From positions 4,892 to 68,891 of the forward strand of contig JBAYIC010000006.1 of the NCBI GenBank assembly GCA_041665845.1: a DNA stretch of 64,000 nt, given 5' to 3'. This document shows, one piece after another, positions 26,594-36,821 of this stretch (positions within the stretch are counted from its first letter, which is position 1; every line of letters begins with the position of its first letter). Both the position numbers and the translations under genes were made by a program. The DNA comes from Patescibacteria group bacterium (GTDB lineage Bacteria; Patescibacteriota; Patescibacteriia; Patescibacteriales; UBA12465). The notes beneath the pieces were generated by a model. That model saw only the letters and a program-made list of their open reading frames with translations. It had not been told where the DNA came from and made no database searches.

Positions 26594-26734
26594 CTACTCT
26601 GCAGAGACCTTAAAAGTCTTGCGATCTTTATATTCAGAAGCTTTACCAGGATTATAATTTTTAACCGGGGTTAGCCAACCAACAACACGACTATAAACAA
26701 TGCATTCTTGTCTTTGAGTTTGTATTGGGCTCAT
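26594..26734 (-). CDS. stand-alone glycyl-radical segment of class III ribonucleotide reductase (46 aa, absent from the ORF track)
   Basis: Hand translation: MSPIQTQRQECIVYSRVVGWLTPVKNYNPGKASEYKDRKTFKVSAE*. YSRVVG(W/Y)..PV..(W/Y)N.GK..E...R is the C-terminal glycyl-radical signature normally fused to NrdD. Confidence 0.6.
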   Translation of the reverse strand: MSPIQTQRQECIVYSRVVGWLTPVKNYNPGKASEYKDRKTFKVSAE

Positions 26735-26840
26735 ATTTTTATGTTTACCATTATAACTTCATCTCGATTAAGATATCATCTAATGGTAATTATATTATAA
26801 ATTAAAATTTTATAAATTACAACTAAAAAAATTTGCGTTT

Positions 26841-28901
26841 TTACAGCTGATTTTGGTCAACTAATCGGATATCCTCAATAGTTTCTTTAAATCCTATTTC
26901 TTCATCGCATTTCGGACAAAACTTATGCTCACCCGATAAATAGCCATGCTTAGGACAAATTGAAAAAGTAGGCGTAATAGTAAAGTATGGTAAACGATAA
27001 TTTTCAACAATTTTTTTAACTAACTTTTTAGCGGCATCGCCACTTGGCATTCTTTCGCCCAAATATCCATGTAAAACCGTCCCACCAGTGTATTTTGTCT
27101 GTAAATCATCTTGCAAATCAAGGGCCGAAAAAATATCATCAGTATAATTAACGTGCAAATGGGTTGAATTGGTATAATAAGGATCGGCCTTAAATTTCTG
27201 AACCGCTTCGGTATTAGAACAAATTATTCCAGGATATACTTGCTGATCTTTCTTGGCAAAACGATAGGTACAACCTTCGCCAGGAGTCGCCTCTAAGTTG
27301 TATAGATTATTGGTTTCGTTTTGAAAATCCATTAATTTTTCTCTCATGTAGTCTAGAATCTCGCCAGCGAAAGTATGCCCTTCCGGAGTACTAATATCTT
27401 TACCCATTAAGTTTAAAGCCGCCTCATTCATTCCGTTGATACCAATTGTCGAAAAATGATTGCGCCAATAATCACCAAATCGCTCTTTCATACTCTCTAG
27501 ATAAAACATCGAGTATGGATATAGTCTATCATCAGTAAACTTTTCAATAATTTTTCTTTTAATTTCTAAACTATCACGAGCTATTTCCATTAAAGAAAAT
27601 AATCGTTGTTTAAATTCGTCCTTAGTCTTTGATAAATATCCCAAGCGAGCTAAGTTGATAGTTACAACTCCAAGCGACCCCGTCATCGGATTAGCACCGA
27701 ATAAACCGCCGCCACGTTTGCGAAGTTCTCGATTATCCAATCTAAGACGGCAACACATTGAACGCGCATCATCGCGATTCATATCGGAATTTACAAAGTT
27801 AGAAAAATAAGGAATACCATATTTAGCCGTCATTTCCCAAACCGGTTTTAAACTTTCTCTATTCCAATCGAAATCTTTATCAACATTATAAGTAGGAATT
27901 GGAAAACCAAAGACACGCCCCGTTGAATCACCAGCTAACATTACTTCAGCAAAGGCCTGATTAAACATATCCATCTCCGGCTGAAAATCCTTATATTTTT
28001 CCGGCATGAGTTTGCCCCCGATAATAGCATTCTCTTCGCCAATCATTGGAGACGGGGTAACGTCTAAGGTTACATTAGTAAACGGAGTTTGAAAGCCAAC
28101 TCGAGTCGGAACATTAACGTTAAACATGAATTCCTGTAAACCTTGTTTTACCTCTTCATAAGAAAGCTTATCGTAACGAATAAACGGCGCTAAGTAAGTA
28201 TCAAAATTAGCAAAAGCCTGAGCTCCAGCCGCCTCTCCTTGAAGCGTATAGAAAAAATTAATAATTTGGCCGAGTGCGCTACGAAAATGTTTGGGCGGAT
28301 AACTTTGAACTTTCTCGCTTACACCTCTAAATCCCTTGATAAGTAAATCTTTTAAATCCCAACCACAGCAATAAGGCGCGAGCAAACCAAGATCATGAAT
28401 ATGCATGTCGCCATTTATATGAGCATTTCTAATATTTTCCGGGTACATCTTATTAAGCCAGTACTTAGCAGAAATTGCTGAGGCAATATAGTTGTTTAAA
28501 CCTTGGACGGAAAAACTCATGTTACTATTTTCCTTCAAACGCCAATCTGACTTCCCTAAATAATCTTCCATCAATTTCTCATCGGCTGTAATATTAGAAA
28601 TATCACGCAATTGACGATGCTGATCGCGATATAAAATATAATTTTTAGCAGCTTTAATCTGATGGTTCTCCAATAATACCTCTTCAACTATATCTTGAAT
28701 TTCTTCAACAGCTGGGATACTATTCTTATGAAATTTACCATTAACTTTCATTACTACCTGATCGGCTAGTTTCTTAGCTAAATGCTTATCATCAACACCA
28801 GCGGCCATCGTTGCCTTATAAATCGCGCGCGCAATTTTTTCTTGGTCAAAATCGGCAACTTCACCCGATCTTTTTATAATTTTGCTTATAGTTTCTGACA
28901 T
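26841..28901 (-). CDS. nrdD: anaerobic ribonucleoside-triphosphate reductase large chain, lacking the glycyl-radical C-terminus
   Basis: N-terminal ATP-cone, then CCRLRLD, and a C-terminal zinc ribbon CPKHG...CPKC. The ORF stops 21 aa after the ribbon without an RVxGY motif. Confidence 0.9.
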   Translation of the reverse strand: MSETISKIIKRSGEVADFDQEKIARAIYKATMAAGVDDKHLAKKLADQVVMKVNGKFHKNSIPAVEEIQDIVEEVLLENHQIKAAKNYILYRDQHRQLRDISNITADEKLMEDYLGKSDWRLKENSNMSFSVQGLNNYIASAISAKYWLNKMYPENIRNAHINGDMHIHDLGLLAPYCCGWDLKDLLIKGFRGVSEKVQSYPPKHFRSALGQIINFFYTLQGEAAGAQAFANFDTYLAPFIRYDKLSYEEVKQGLQEFMFNVNVPTRVGFQTPFTNVTLDVTPSPMIGEENAIIGGKLMPEKYKDFQPEMDMFNQAFAEVMLAGDSTGRVFGFPIPTYNVDKDFDWNRESLKPVWEMTAKYGIPYFSNFVNSDMNRDDARSMCCRLRLDNRELRKRGGGLFGANPMTGSLGVVTINLARLGYLSKTKDEFKQRLFSLMEIARDSLEIKRKIIEKFTDDRLYPYSMFYLESMKERFGDYWRNHFSTIGINGMNEAALNLMGKDISTPEGHTFAGEILDYMREKLMDFQNETNNLYNLEATPGEGCTYRFAKKDQQVYPGIICSNTEAVQKFKADPYYTNSTHLHVNYTDDIFSALDLQDDLQTKYTGGTVLHGYLGERMPSGDAAKKLVKKIVENYRLPYFTITPTFSICPKHGYLSGEHKFCPKCDEEIGFKETIEDIRLVDQNQL

Positions 28902-28929
28902 AGGAATTGAGAATTGAAAATATGATTAA

Positions 28930-29388
28930 TTATTTTTTTTCTTTAATTAATTTATTAAGCTCCTTGCGAAACTCCTGCGCATCCTTAAAGGATTCATAAA
29001 CGGAAGCGTAACGGATATAAGCAACCGAATCTATTTTTTTCAAATTCTTCATTACTGCTTGGCCAACTTGTTTTGAGGTTATTTCAGTTTTTTTAAGACG
29101 TTGTAAATCTCTTTCAATTGAATGAATCAGTCGTTTAAATAAATCTTCGGTAATTGGTCTTTTTTCACAAGATTTTTTTAAACCACCAACCAATTTTTCT
29201 CGGCTATAAGCTTCACGACGACCATCCCTTTTTACTAATACTAAATCAAGGATTTCTATTTCTTCGTAAGTTGAAAAACGAAAAGAGCATTTTAGACATT
29301 CGCGACGACGACGAATTGATAAACCATCAGCCGCTACCCGAGAATCAACCACCTTGGTATCAGGATGGTAGCAAATTGGGCATTTCAT
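28930..29388 (-). CDS. nrdR: transcriptional repressor NrdR
   Basis: MKCPICYHPDTKVVDSR...CLKCSFRFSTYE zinc ribbon followed by an ATP-cone. Confidence 0.95.
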   Translation of the reverse strand: MKCPICYHPDTKVVDSRVAADGLSIRRRRECLKCSFRFSTYEEIEILDLVLVKRDGRREAYSREKLVGGLKKSCEKRPITEDLFKRLIHSIERDLQRLKKTEITSKQVGQAVMKNLKKIDSVAYIRYASVYESFKDAQEFRKELNKLIKEKK

Positions 29389-29416
29389 AAAGCGTGATTA
29401 TTAGGCTTTTCTTAAA

Positions 29417-29464
29417 AAGCTATATTTTGTGGGCTTTTTTATATACGACCACTAAATATTGTAT
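29417..29464. promoter_or_regulatory. two tandem NrdR boxes upstream of nrdR-nrdD
   Basis: Box at 29449-29464 (CCACTAAATATTGTAT) matches the acaCwAtATaTwGtgt consensus at 13/16. Box at 29417-29432 (reverse complement CCACAAAATATAGCTT) matches at 12/16. Centre-to-centre distance is 32 bp. Confidence 0.6.
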
Positions 29465-29565
29465 CTGCTGATATTTTAGCAAATTTTTAAAGTAGGGTCA
29501 AAGTCCGTCTGATTTAGCTAATTTTAATAAAATTATAAAATAAATCTAAAGTTATCCACACCTAA

Positions 29566-29602
29566 AACAAAAAGTCCTATCGGATTATTTATACCAATAG
29601 GA
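29566..29602 (-). terminator. intrinsic terminator downstream of copA
   Basis: TCCTATTGG-(loop)-CCGATAGGA stem followed by CTTTTTGTTTT on the minus strand. Confidence 0.5.
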
Positions 29603-29627
29603 TTTTTGCAAACAGAAACTTTAACTA

Positions 29628-32600
29628 TTAATCTTTAATTTCAAAGTCTGGACCAACAAAATGCATCATATCCAGGCTGGTCTTAGTTTCGGGCAAGATA
29701 CCGGCGATAATCACAGCATTACCAAACAAATCGTCAATCATATCATCAGCCTTATTAATTAATTTAGCGTCTATCATCATCTGGGCCTCTCTAGCGCCAA
29801 TATAAATAGGAAGATACTTTTTATCATCCAAAGTTATTATTGCAAAACTTTTAATATTATTTTTTACTTTCTCGGGAATATTAGTTTCATTAACAAAGTA
29901 AAAGCTCTTGATTATTTCTTTTTCAGCGACATATTTTACCTCAGCAACTCCGATTATATTAGCTAAAGTCGTCTTATTCATAAAATGATAATCATCAACC
30001 AGAGTTCCGGTGGGTTTAAGAACGCCAACGACTTTAACACTAGATAGACCAAAGAAATCTTTTAAACTACTTCCAGTCCCTTTGATAAGTTTTTCTTTTT
30101 TCATCATCATTGCTTCATTATAGCCAATCACCATTTCGTCATCGCCTAAAACTAGAGCTCCTTCGCTTGTTTTTAACATATTAGGCAAATTATCGACTCC
30201 CAAAAATAACTTAGGATTACCTTCGGCAAAATTAATCTTGGTTGGATTATCGGCGAGAAAATTATTTAAACTGGAAGCCTTTTCAATTGAAACCAAAAGG
30301 GCCATCCCCTTATTTTCCATATTTGAGCTCAGCTTGGCAAATTGGAAAAACCCAAACGTGAAAACAATGACCATTATAAACGGCGCCAATAGCGAAAGAT
30401 AATTTCTTTTATTAGGCTTAAAGTAACGCAAGAGTAAAGAATTTCCGACTACTGAAATTGAACTAAAAGCCATCGCTAATCCTGCTAATTCTGGTTTTAA
30501 GACTAGCCCAAGGGATATAAAAATGCGAGCAGCAATCGGAATCCCAATAACATTATAGAATAGAGCGAAGAACATATTTTGCTTAATCTTTCCCATTGTT
30601 TCCCGAGAAAGTTGGAAAGCGGTTACCACATCATTTAAATCATTCTTCATAATCACAATCCCTCCAGCATCCATCGCAACGTCCGTTCCAGAACCCATGG
30701 CAATGCCCAAATCGGCCTGTGCTAAAGCGGGAGCATCGTTAATGCCATCACCAACCATCGCTACCTTATGTCCGCTCTCTTGAAGCTTTTTAACCTCGTT
30801 GGCCTTATCCTCAGGTAGAACCTCAGCTAAAATATTCTCAATCCCAACTTGAGCAGCAATGGCTCTAGCTGTGCGCTCGTTATCTCCCGTTATCATATAA
30901 ACTGCAATACCCAACTTCTTTAACTTGGCTACTGCTTCCGCAGAAGTTGATTTAACAGTATCGGCAACGGCAATTGCACCTAATATTTGCTCTTTGGTTG
31001 CTAATATCATGGCGGTTTTACCCTGTTCTTCCAATTTATTGAGTTGACCATTAATTTTATCAATTGAATGTCCAAGAATTTCTGTCATTAACCGCCGATT
31101 ACCAAAATAATATTCAATCCCGTTAATTATTCCTTTAACTCCTTGACCAGGGATAGCGTTAAAGCCTTTGACTTCTTCAAGCGTAACTGATTCTTCGCTA
31201 GCATGTGAATAAATTGCTTCAGCAAGAGGATGCTCAGATAATTTTTCTAAGTTAGCCGAAAGAGATAATATTTTATCTTCATCAATATTTTCAAAAGTAA
31301 GAATATCTGTTACTTCCGGTTTACCCTTAGTCAAAGTCCCCGTCTTATCAAAAACAATGGTATTAATATGACAAGCCGCTTCTAACGGTTCTCCACCTTT
31401 AACTAATACTCCATACTCTGCTCCCTTACCGGTTCCAACCATCAAAGCAGTCGGGGTAGCTAAGCCTAAAGCACAAGGACAAGCAATAACTATAACAGCA
31501 GTAAAGGCCATCAAGGCAAAAGAAAGAGTCGCGCCCAAAAAGAAATACCAAACTAAAAAGGTAATAATTGCTAAACCAATTACGGTTGGAACGAAAATAG
31601 CGGATATTCTATCAGCAAAACCTTGAATCGGCGCTTTAGAACCTTGAGCATCTTCAATTAAACGAATAATTTGAGCGAGAGCGGTTTCACTCCCAATTCT
31701 AGTCGCTTCAAATTCAAAACTTCCAGTTTTATTGATTGTACTTCCAATAACCATATCGCCGACATTTTTTTCTACCGGTAAACTTTCGCCTGTAATCATT
31801 GCTTCATCAACCGCGGATGTTCCTTTTACAATCTTGCCGTCAACCGGAATTTTTTCACCCGGACGAACTAAAATAATATCACCATGTGTAACCTCATCAA
31901 TGGCAATGTCTAAAGTTTTACCACTACGAATAACCCGCGCCGTTTTGGCTTGCAAACCCATTAATTTTTTAATCGCATCGCCGGTTTTACCTTTAGTTTT
32001 AATTTCCAGCCATTTTCCTAAGACAACAAAAGTTATCAAGTAAGCCGCAGTTTCAAAATAAAGTTCCGGAATTTTTCCGCCTAAGCCAATTACTGACTTA
32101 GTAGAAATAAAATAAGTTATAAAATTAACTAAACTATATATAAAAGCGGTTGAAGTCCCAATCGCGATTAAGCTATCCATATTAAAAGTCCGCATTTTCA
32201 AACTAGACCACATGCCTTTGTAAAAACCCCAACCGACCCAAAACTGAATTGGAATAGTAAGTAAAAGAGAAACAATGCCAACAAATGGTAGAACCGCCGC
32301 CTTTCCAGGGATGGCAAAAAAATCAAGCAACATGAAATACAGCATCGGTAAGCTAAGCACAAAGCTAAACCAAAATTTATGAGCATAATTTTTAGTTTCT
32401 TTTTCGCGCTTATGTTTTTCATGATCAGCATCTTTAGCATCAATAATTTCTGCTTTATAGCCGGCTTTTGCTACTGCCACAATCGCCGCCTTAATATCAG
32501 TTTTCCCCGGCTCAAATTGAATCAACGCTTTCTCGGCCGCAAAATTAACACTTGCTTGTTTTATGCCCGGCGTTTTATTTAAAGTTTTCTCGATTAAATT

Positions 32601-32684
32601 AGCACAGGAAGCACAATGCATCCCCGAAAGAGAAAGACTAACTCTGATCGAAGAATCCAAATCGATATTTTTAGTATTTTCCAT
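29628..32684 (-). CDS. copA: copper-translocating P1B-type ATPase with an extra 259-aa C-terminal TM plus extracytoplasmic domain
   Basis: [39 protein letters not shown] and MAFSS metal-site motifs. The canonical end (..[10 protein letters not shown]) is followed by one more TM and a ~230-aa domain. Confidence 0.95.
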   Translation of the reverse strand: MENTKNIDLDSSIRVSLSLSGMHCASCANLIEKTLNKTPGIKQASVNFAAEKALIQFEPGKTDIKAAIVAVAKAGYKAEIIDAKDADHEKHKREKETKNYAHKFWFSFVLSLPMLYFMLLDFFAIPGKAAVLPFVGIVSLLLTIPIQFWVGWGFYKGMWSSLKMRTFNMDSLIAIGTSTAFIYSLVNFITYFISTKSVIGLGGKIPELYFETAAYLITFVVLGKWLEIKTKGKTGDAIKKLMGLQAKTARVIRSGKTLDIAIDEVTHGDIILVRPGEKIPVDGKIVKGTSAVDEAMITGESLPVEKNVGDMVIGSTINKTGSFEFEATRIGSETALAQIIRLIEDAQGSKAPIQGFADRISAIFVPTVIGLAIITFLVWYFFLGATLSFALMAFTAVIVIACPCALGLATPTALMVGTGKGAEYGVLVKGGEPLEAACHINTIVFDKTGTLTKGKPEVTDILTFENIDEDKILSLSANLEKLSEHPLAEAIYSHASEESVTLEEVKGFNAIPGQGVKGIINGIEYYFGNRRLMTEILGHSIDKINGQLNKLEEQGKTAMILATKEQILGAIAVADTVKSTSAEAVAKLKKLGIAVYMITGDNERTARAIAAQVGIENILAEVLPEDKANEVKKLQESGHKVAMVGDGINDAPALAQADLGIAMGSGTDVAMDAGGIVIMKNDLNDVVTAFQLSRETMGKIKQNMFFALFYNVIGIPIAARIFISLGLVLKPELAGLAMAFSSISVVGNSLLLRYFKPNKRNYLSLLAPFIMVIVFTFGFFQFAKLSSNMENKGMALLVSIEKASSLNNFLADNPTKINFAEGNPKLFLGVDNLPNMLKTSEGALVLGDDEMVIGYNEAMMMKKEKLIKGTGSSLKDFFGLSSVKVVGVLKPTGTLVDDYHFMNKTTLANIIGVAEVKYVAEKEIIKSFYFVNETNIPEKVKNNIKSFAIITLDDKKYLPIYIGAREAQMMIDAKLINKADDMIDDLFGNAVIIAGILPETKTSLDMMHFVGPDFEIKD

Positions 32685-32720
32685 AAATATTATAGCTAAT
32701 TAATTGTTAAACTTTAATTA

Positions 32721-33302
32721 TTATTCTACTATAATTGACCCATAATTAATCATCTCCATGCCACAAGTAATATCATAGGAGCCTGGCGTAGTCGGTGTAA
32801 ACTCCATGTTAATTAAGGCGCCAGCTTCTAGAGGAACAACCTCATCGTACAGCCCAGGAATAGTAATAGCATATCCACAACCAGACCCCTCATCCTTAAC
32901 ATCAATTTCAAATCTAACTTTCACACCAGCTTTAACCTTGAAAACAGATGGGTCGATATATTTATCATTAGTATAGGTAGCTTTAATAATTTGAACGTCT
33001 TGCTGATCAGTTGTATCTTTATTCACGCTAGCAACAACGGGAATGGTATTTGCGTTAGCAACTTTTTTCTGTCCACCGCCACAACCGCCGCAACCACCAC
33101 CAGCCGAACCGCCACATGAAGCAACATTAGGTTTTGTAGTCGAAGGAATAGCTTTAGTTTGACCGACTCGACTATCGTTTGAGGCATAAGCACTATTTTC
33201 ATCATCCAAATTGAAGTCGCCCTTAATATACATGCCGCTTACTATTAAAACTCCAGCGATTAAAAGTGATATCGAAATTAGTTTTGCAGAATAATTATTC
33301 AT
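32721..33302 (-). CDS. membrane-anchored cupredoxin-like copper-binding protein
   Basis: Start set at the ATG at 33302 (MNNYSAKLISISLLIAGVLIV). Cys/Gly tract CGGSAGGGCGGCGGG. The C-terminal ..FTPTTPGSYDITCGMEMINYGSIIVE resembles Cupredoxin_1 domains found next to copA. Confidence 0.6.
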   Translation of the reverse strand: MNNYSAKLISISLLIAGVLIVSGMYIKGDFNLDDENSAYASNDSRVGQTKAIPSTTKPNVASCGGSAGGGCGGCGGGQKKVANANTIPVVASVNKDTTDQQDVQIIKATYTNDKYIDPSVFKVKAGVKVRFEIDVKDEGSGCGYAITIPGLYDEVVPLEAGALINMEFTPTTPGSYDITCGMEMINYGSIIVE

Positions 33303-33344
33303 ACATTTAAATTGAATAAATAAATTTAATAACTTTAGAATACC

Positions 33345-33365
33345 CATACCCTAGGTGGGGGTATG
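33345..33365. promoter_or_regulatory. CsoR-type operator-like dyad
   Basis: CATACCC-TAGGTGG-GGGTATG has 7-bp perfect arms and lies immediately downstream of the predicted -10 of the copper operon. Confidence 0.45.
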
Positions 33366-33370
33366 ATTAA

Positions 33371-33399
33371 ATAATAGCGCTAAATGAAAAATGAGTCAA
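33371..33399 (-). promoter_or_regulatory. sigma70-type promoter of the cupredoxin-copA operon
   Basis: Minus strand: TTGACT, 17-nt spacer, TATTAT. Confidence 0.5.
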
Positions 33400-33408
33400 T
33401 TCTTTTCC

Positions 33409-33442
33409 CTAAAACAAAAGTCCGCCTTAAACAGCGAACTTT
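33409..33442 (-). terminator. terminator-like hairpin downstream of ftsZ
   Basis: AAAGTTCGC-(8 nt)-GCGGACTTT followed by TGTTTT on the minus strand. Confidence 0.45.
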
Positions 33443-33468
33443 TTATATCTCAGAAATATTTAATTCAA

Positions 33469-34659
33469 TTACCCCATCTTCTTCCGAATAAACGCCGGAA
33501 CACTTAAATCATCATCTTCCTCGGTTACCGGTTTTTCTACTTTTCTTTCAATATTTGATTTAATCGGTAAATTTTTGAAAACTGAAAATTTATTTTTATT
33601 TCTATCTTCACGAGAAATTAAATCTTCTTTCTCAATTTCTTTTTCAACAATAAAGGTATTAGGCGTATAAGATGGTTTTGATGCTTCCCCTTTTTGACTC
33701 TTACTATGGCCATCAAAACCAGTAGCAACGACCGTTATCTTAATTTGATCCTTCATCTTTTCATCAATTACTGCGCCAAAGATAATCTTCGCTTCTTCAT
33801 CAGCTGCGGAAGTAATAACTTTAGCCGCTTCGCTTACTTCCGTCATACTTAATTCTGGACCGCCGGTAATAGTAAAGACGATTCCTCTTGCTCCATCAAT
33901 TGACATATCAAGTAAAGTAGAATTAATTGCTTCTTTAGCCGCTTCAACCGCTTTATTTTCACCCGTTGCCATTCCAATCCCCATCAAAGCCGAACCGGCA
34001 TTAGACATAATCGCCTTAACATCAGCAAAATCAGCATTAATAATACCGGGAACGGTAATAATTTCCGCAATTCCCTGAACTCCTTGACGTAAAACATCAT
34101 CGGCCGTCTTAAAGGCATCAAGTAGAGAAGTTTTCTTATCAATTACTTGTAGTAATTTATCATTAGAAATAGTAATAATAGTATCAACTTTATCCGCTAA
34201 CTCGGCATAACCACGATCAGCAATATTTTTTCTATGGCCGCCTTCAAAAATAAAAGGTTTAGTTACAACGGCAACCGTTAAAGCGCCTAATTCCTTAGCA
34301 ATCTGGGCAACAACTGGAGATGCTCCAGTTCCGGTTCCTCCCCCCAAGCCACAAGTAACAAAAACCATATCACAACCCTTCAAGGATTCCTTGATTTCAT
34401 TAGCTGATTCTTCCGCAGCTGCTTTTCCAAGTTCAGGATTCATTCCCGCTCCAAGACCTCTGGTAACGGTTTTCCCGATATGGATTTTTTCACTCGCCTT
34501 ATTATAATGAAGCGCTTGAATATCAGTATTAATCGCGACAAAGCCGACGCCTTTAATCCCGCTATCAACCATGCGATTAATAGCCGAGTTCCCGCCGCCA
34601 CCGACACCAACTACTTTTATTTTAGCGAAAGTCTCTATTTCTGGTTTTACTTCAGCCAT
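33469..34659 (-). CDS. ftsZ: cell division protein FtsZ
   Basis: [13 protein letters not shown] and [15 protein letters not shown] (tubulin signature). Confidence 0.97.
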   Translation of the reverse strand: MAEVKPEIETFAKIKVVGVGGGGNSAINRMVDSGIKGVGFVAINTDIQALHYNKASEKIHIGKTVTRGLGAGMNPELGKAAAEESANEIKESLKGCDMVFVTCGLGGGTGTGASPVVAQIAKELGALTVAVVTKPFIFEGGHRKNIADRGYAELADKVDTIITISNDKLLQVIDKKTSLLDAFKTADDVLRQGVQGIAEIITVPGIINADFADVKAIMSNAGSALMGIGMATGENKAVEAAKEAINSTLLDMSIDGARGIVFTITGGPELSMTEVSEAAKVITSAADEEAKIIFGAVIDEKMKDQIKITVVATGFDGHSKSQKGEASKPSYTPNTFIVEKEIEKEDLISREDRNKNKFSVFKNLPIKSNIERKVEKPVTEEDDDLSVPAFIRKKMG

Positions 34660-34681
34660 AAGATTATAATTTAATTTCTCT

Positions 34682-35944
34682 TTATTTTGGCATTATTCTA
34701 TTAAATAAGCCTTTTGTTTTTTCAAATAAACCCCCTAAATTATTTTTAAATTTATGACCAGCCGACGTTCCCTCTCCCTCAGTTCGACTACCCCAAATTA
34801 CTAAACCAAGGGCTGTTAAAAATTCTGGATTTTTAACTTTATCAATTACGACGTTAATATTTTTAGCTTGGCCTAAAGCCGCTGGTAATCGTAATTTCTT
34901 TTTTGCTGATTCAACTAAACCATCAAGCTCCGCTCCGCCGCCAACAAAGATAGCCCCCGCTGGAAGCATACCGGATCTATCAATACGTTTAAATTCGGAA
35001 TCAACTTTTTCAAATATTTCATCAACGCGAGCATTTATTATTTCCGAAACATATTTTCGGGAAATCGAACTTATATCATCATTTATTTCTTCTTCTCTAA
35101 CTAAATTAGTAATATCAATTTCATCATGATGGCCATCGTCAACAACAACCGCATTTCCATATTCACGTTTTATTCTTTCAGCCAAATTAATCGGACAACG
35201 AAGCCCAATCGCTACATCAGCGGTAATATGTTCGGAACCAATTGGTAAGATGGCGGTATGAATTAAATTCCTTTCTTCATAAACAGCTAGTGAGGTAGTT
35301 GAAGAACCAAGATTAATTAAGGCAACACCAAGCTCTTTTTGTTTTGAACTTAGGACTGCTTCAGAGGCTGCAAGCGGAGCTAAAACTAAATCCTCTATTT
35401 CTAAACCAGTGCGATAAATTGCTTTGGTTAAATTTTTAATTTGAGTACTAAGCCCCTGAACAATTAAAGTTTCAACCTCTAACCTAATACCGTTCATACC
35501 AATTGGATCTTTAACGTCCGATTGATTATCAACACTAAACTTAATAGGGATAACATGCAATATTTCATAGTTAACCGGAACAGCTAAAGCACGAGCGGCT
35601 TCTATAGCCCGATTAACATCATTCTCATTTATTTCTCCATCGCTTCTTCCAACGGCGACAACGCCTTTCGAACGTTCACATTTTATATGAGGATCATTAA
35701 TACTCACCCAAACGCGATTAATGGGAACCCCAACTAGACGTTCTGCTTTTTCTAAAACAGCCGAGATAGAAGAAGTCGTTTCTTCAATACTATTTACTAT
35801 ACCGCGACTAACACCAGCCGTCGGACCGGAAACCGCTCCAATAATTTGTAACTCGTCGCCAGCCATACCAGAAATTTTTTGACCAATTACTAAACGAATA
35901 GAAGTAGAACCGATATCTAAACCGGCGACAATATTGTCCTTCAT
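34682..35944 (-). CDS. ftsA: cell division protein FtsA
   Basis: Actin-fold motifs [22 protein letters not shown] and [10 protein letters not shown]. Immediately upstream of ftsZ. Confidence 0.9.
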   Translation of the reverse strand: MKDNIVAGLDIGSTSIRLVIGQKISGMAGDELQIIGAVSGPTAGVSRGIVNSIEETTSSISAVLEKAERLVGVPINRVWVSINDPHIKCERSKGVVAVGRSDGEINENDVNRAIEAARALAVPVNYEILHVIPIKFSVDNQSDVKDPIGMNGIRLEVETLIVQGLSTQIKNLTKAIYRTGLEIEDLVLAPLAASEAVLSSKQKELGVALINLGSSTTSLAVYEERNLIHTAILPIGSEHITADVAIGLRCPINLAERIKREYGNAVVVDDGHHDEIDITNLVREEEINDDISSISRKYVSEIINARVDEIFEKVDSEFKRIDRSGMLPAGAIFVGGGAELDGLVESAKKKLRLPAALGQAKNINVVIDKVKNPEFLTALGLVIWGSRTEGEGTSAGHKFKNNLGGLFEKTKGLFNRIMPK

Positions 35945-36053
35945 ATATAATTCACGTTAAACCACTAAATAAAAATACAGTAATATTTTAATAATATTCT
36001 CTGCTTCTTATTTACTGTTAATATTATACAAAATTTATCAGATTTTAACAATT

Positions 36054-36818
36054 CTATAACAACCCCAAATACCAATTAATTATTTCTTGGCCATAAATTA
36101 AGGTAATAATAGCGCCATATGCTAAAAACGGGCCTAAAGCCATCTTTGACTTCCATTCTTTTTTATAGTTTGCAAGTAAAATTACGCCGATAATTGCTCC
36201 AAAAAAATAAGCTAAACATAAAGCTAGGATCAAAGTCCCAGCAGTTGGGAAAGTTATCCCCAGCAGTAGCCCCAACCAAATATCCCCCTCTCCCAAACCT
36301 CGCTTCTTAGTCGCTAAATACTGAATCAGAAAAAATGCCGCTCCAATTGCACCAAATAAAATTAATGAACCGAAAGAAAAACCTAGAAACAAATTTAAAA
36401 CAAAAACAATCACCGTTACTGGCCAAACAACTAGCATCGGAACCATTTGCCAGCGCAAGTCATAAACAAAAACAACAATCAAAGAAGCGATTAGTAGCCA
36501 ATCTCGAGTAAGCAGAATTCCTAGATTAAGAGAAGATGCGTTCTGTAAAAAAACAAGGACAAAAAGTAGGGCGGTTACAAATTCAACCATAGGATATTGC
36601 CAAGAAATTTTTTTCTGACAATGACGACAACGACCGTTCAAAAAAATAAAGCTAAGCAAAGGGATATTGTCATACCAAGCAATCATCTTAGAACAATTTG
36701 GGCAATAAGAACGTCCGGTAATTGTTTCATTTTTATATAAACGCCAAATCAAACAGTTTAAAAAACTACCGATAAGAAGTCCGATGATGGCAGCTAAAGC
36801 AATAAATAAATAATCCAT
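36054..36818 (-). CDS. pilD: prepilin peptidase (A24 family, PilD-like)
   Basis: CPNC...CRHC zinc motif, GEGDIWLG and ALGPFLAYG aspartyl-protease blocks. Confidence 0.9.
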   Translation of the reverse strand: MDYLFIALAAIIGLLIGSFLNCLIWRLYKNETITGRSYCPNCSKMIAWYDNIPLLSFIFLNGRCRHCQKKISWQYPMVEFVTALLFVLVFLQNASSLNLGILLTRDWLLIASLIVVFVYDLRWQMVPMLVVWPVTVIVFVLNLFLGFSFGSLILFGAIGAAFFLIQYLATKKRGLGEGDIWLGLLLGITFPTAGTLILALCLAYFFGAIIGVILLANYKKEWKSKMALGPFLAYGAIITLIYGQEIINWYLGLL

Positions 36819-36821
36819 AAA

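Noticed and set aside
26735-26840. Group I intron (as in phage T4 nrdD/sunY) or intein interrupting nrdD
   Set aside because: The gap is only 106 nt, extremely AT-rich and has no room for P3-P9 core helices. An intein would be in-frame coding sequence. The gene is treated as split instead, and splicing is left as a formal test.
29552-29560. Perfect DnaA box TTATCCACA between copA and nrdR
   Set aside because: It is a single copy. There is no cluster of boxes, no AT-rich unwinding element pattern, no dnaA or dnaN nearby, and no switch in gene orientation. It is not an origin.
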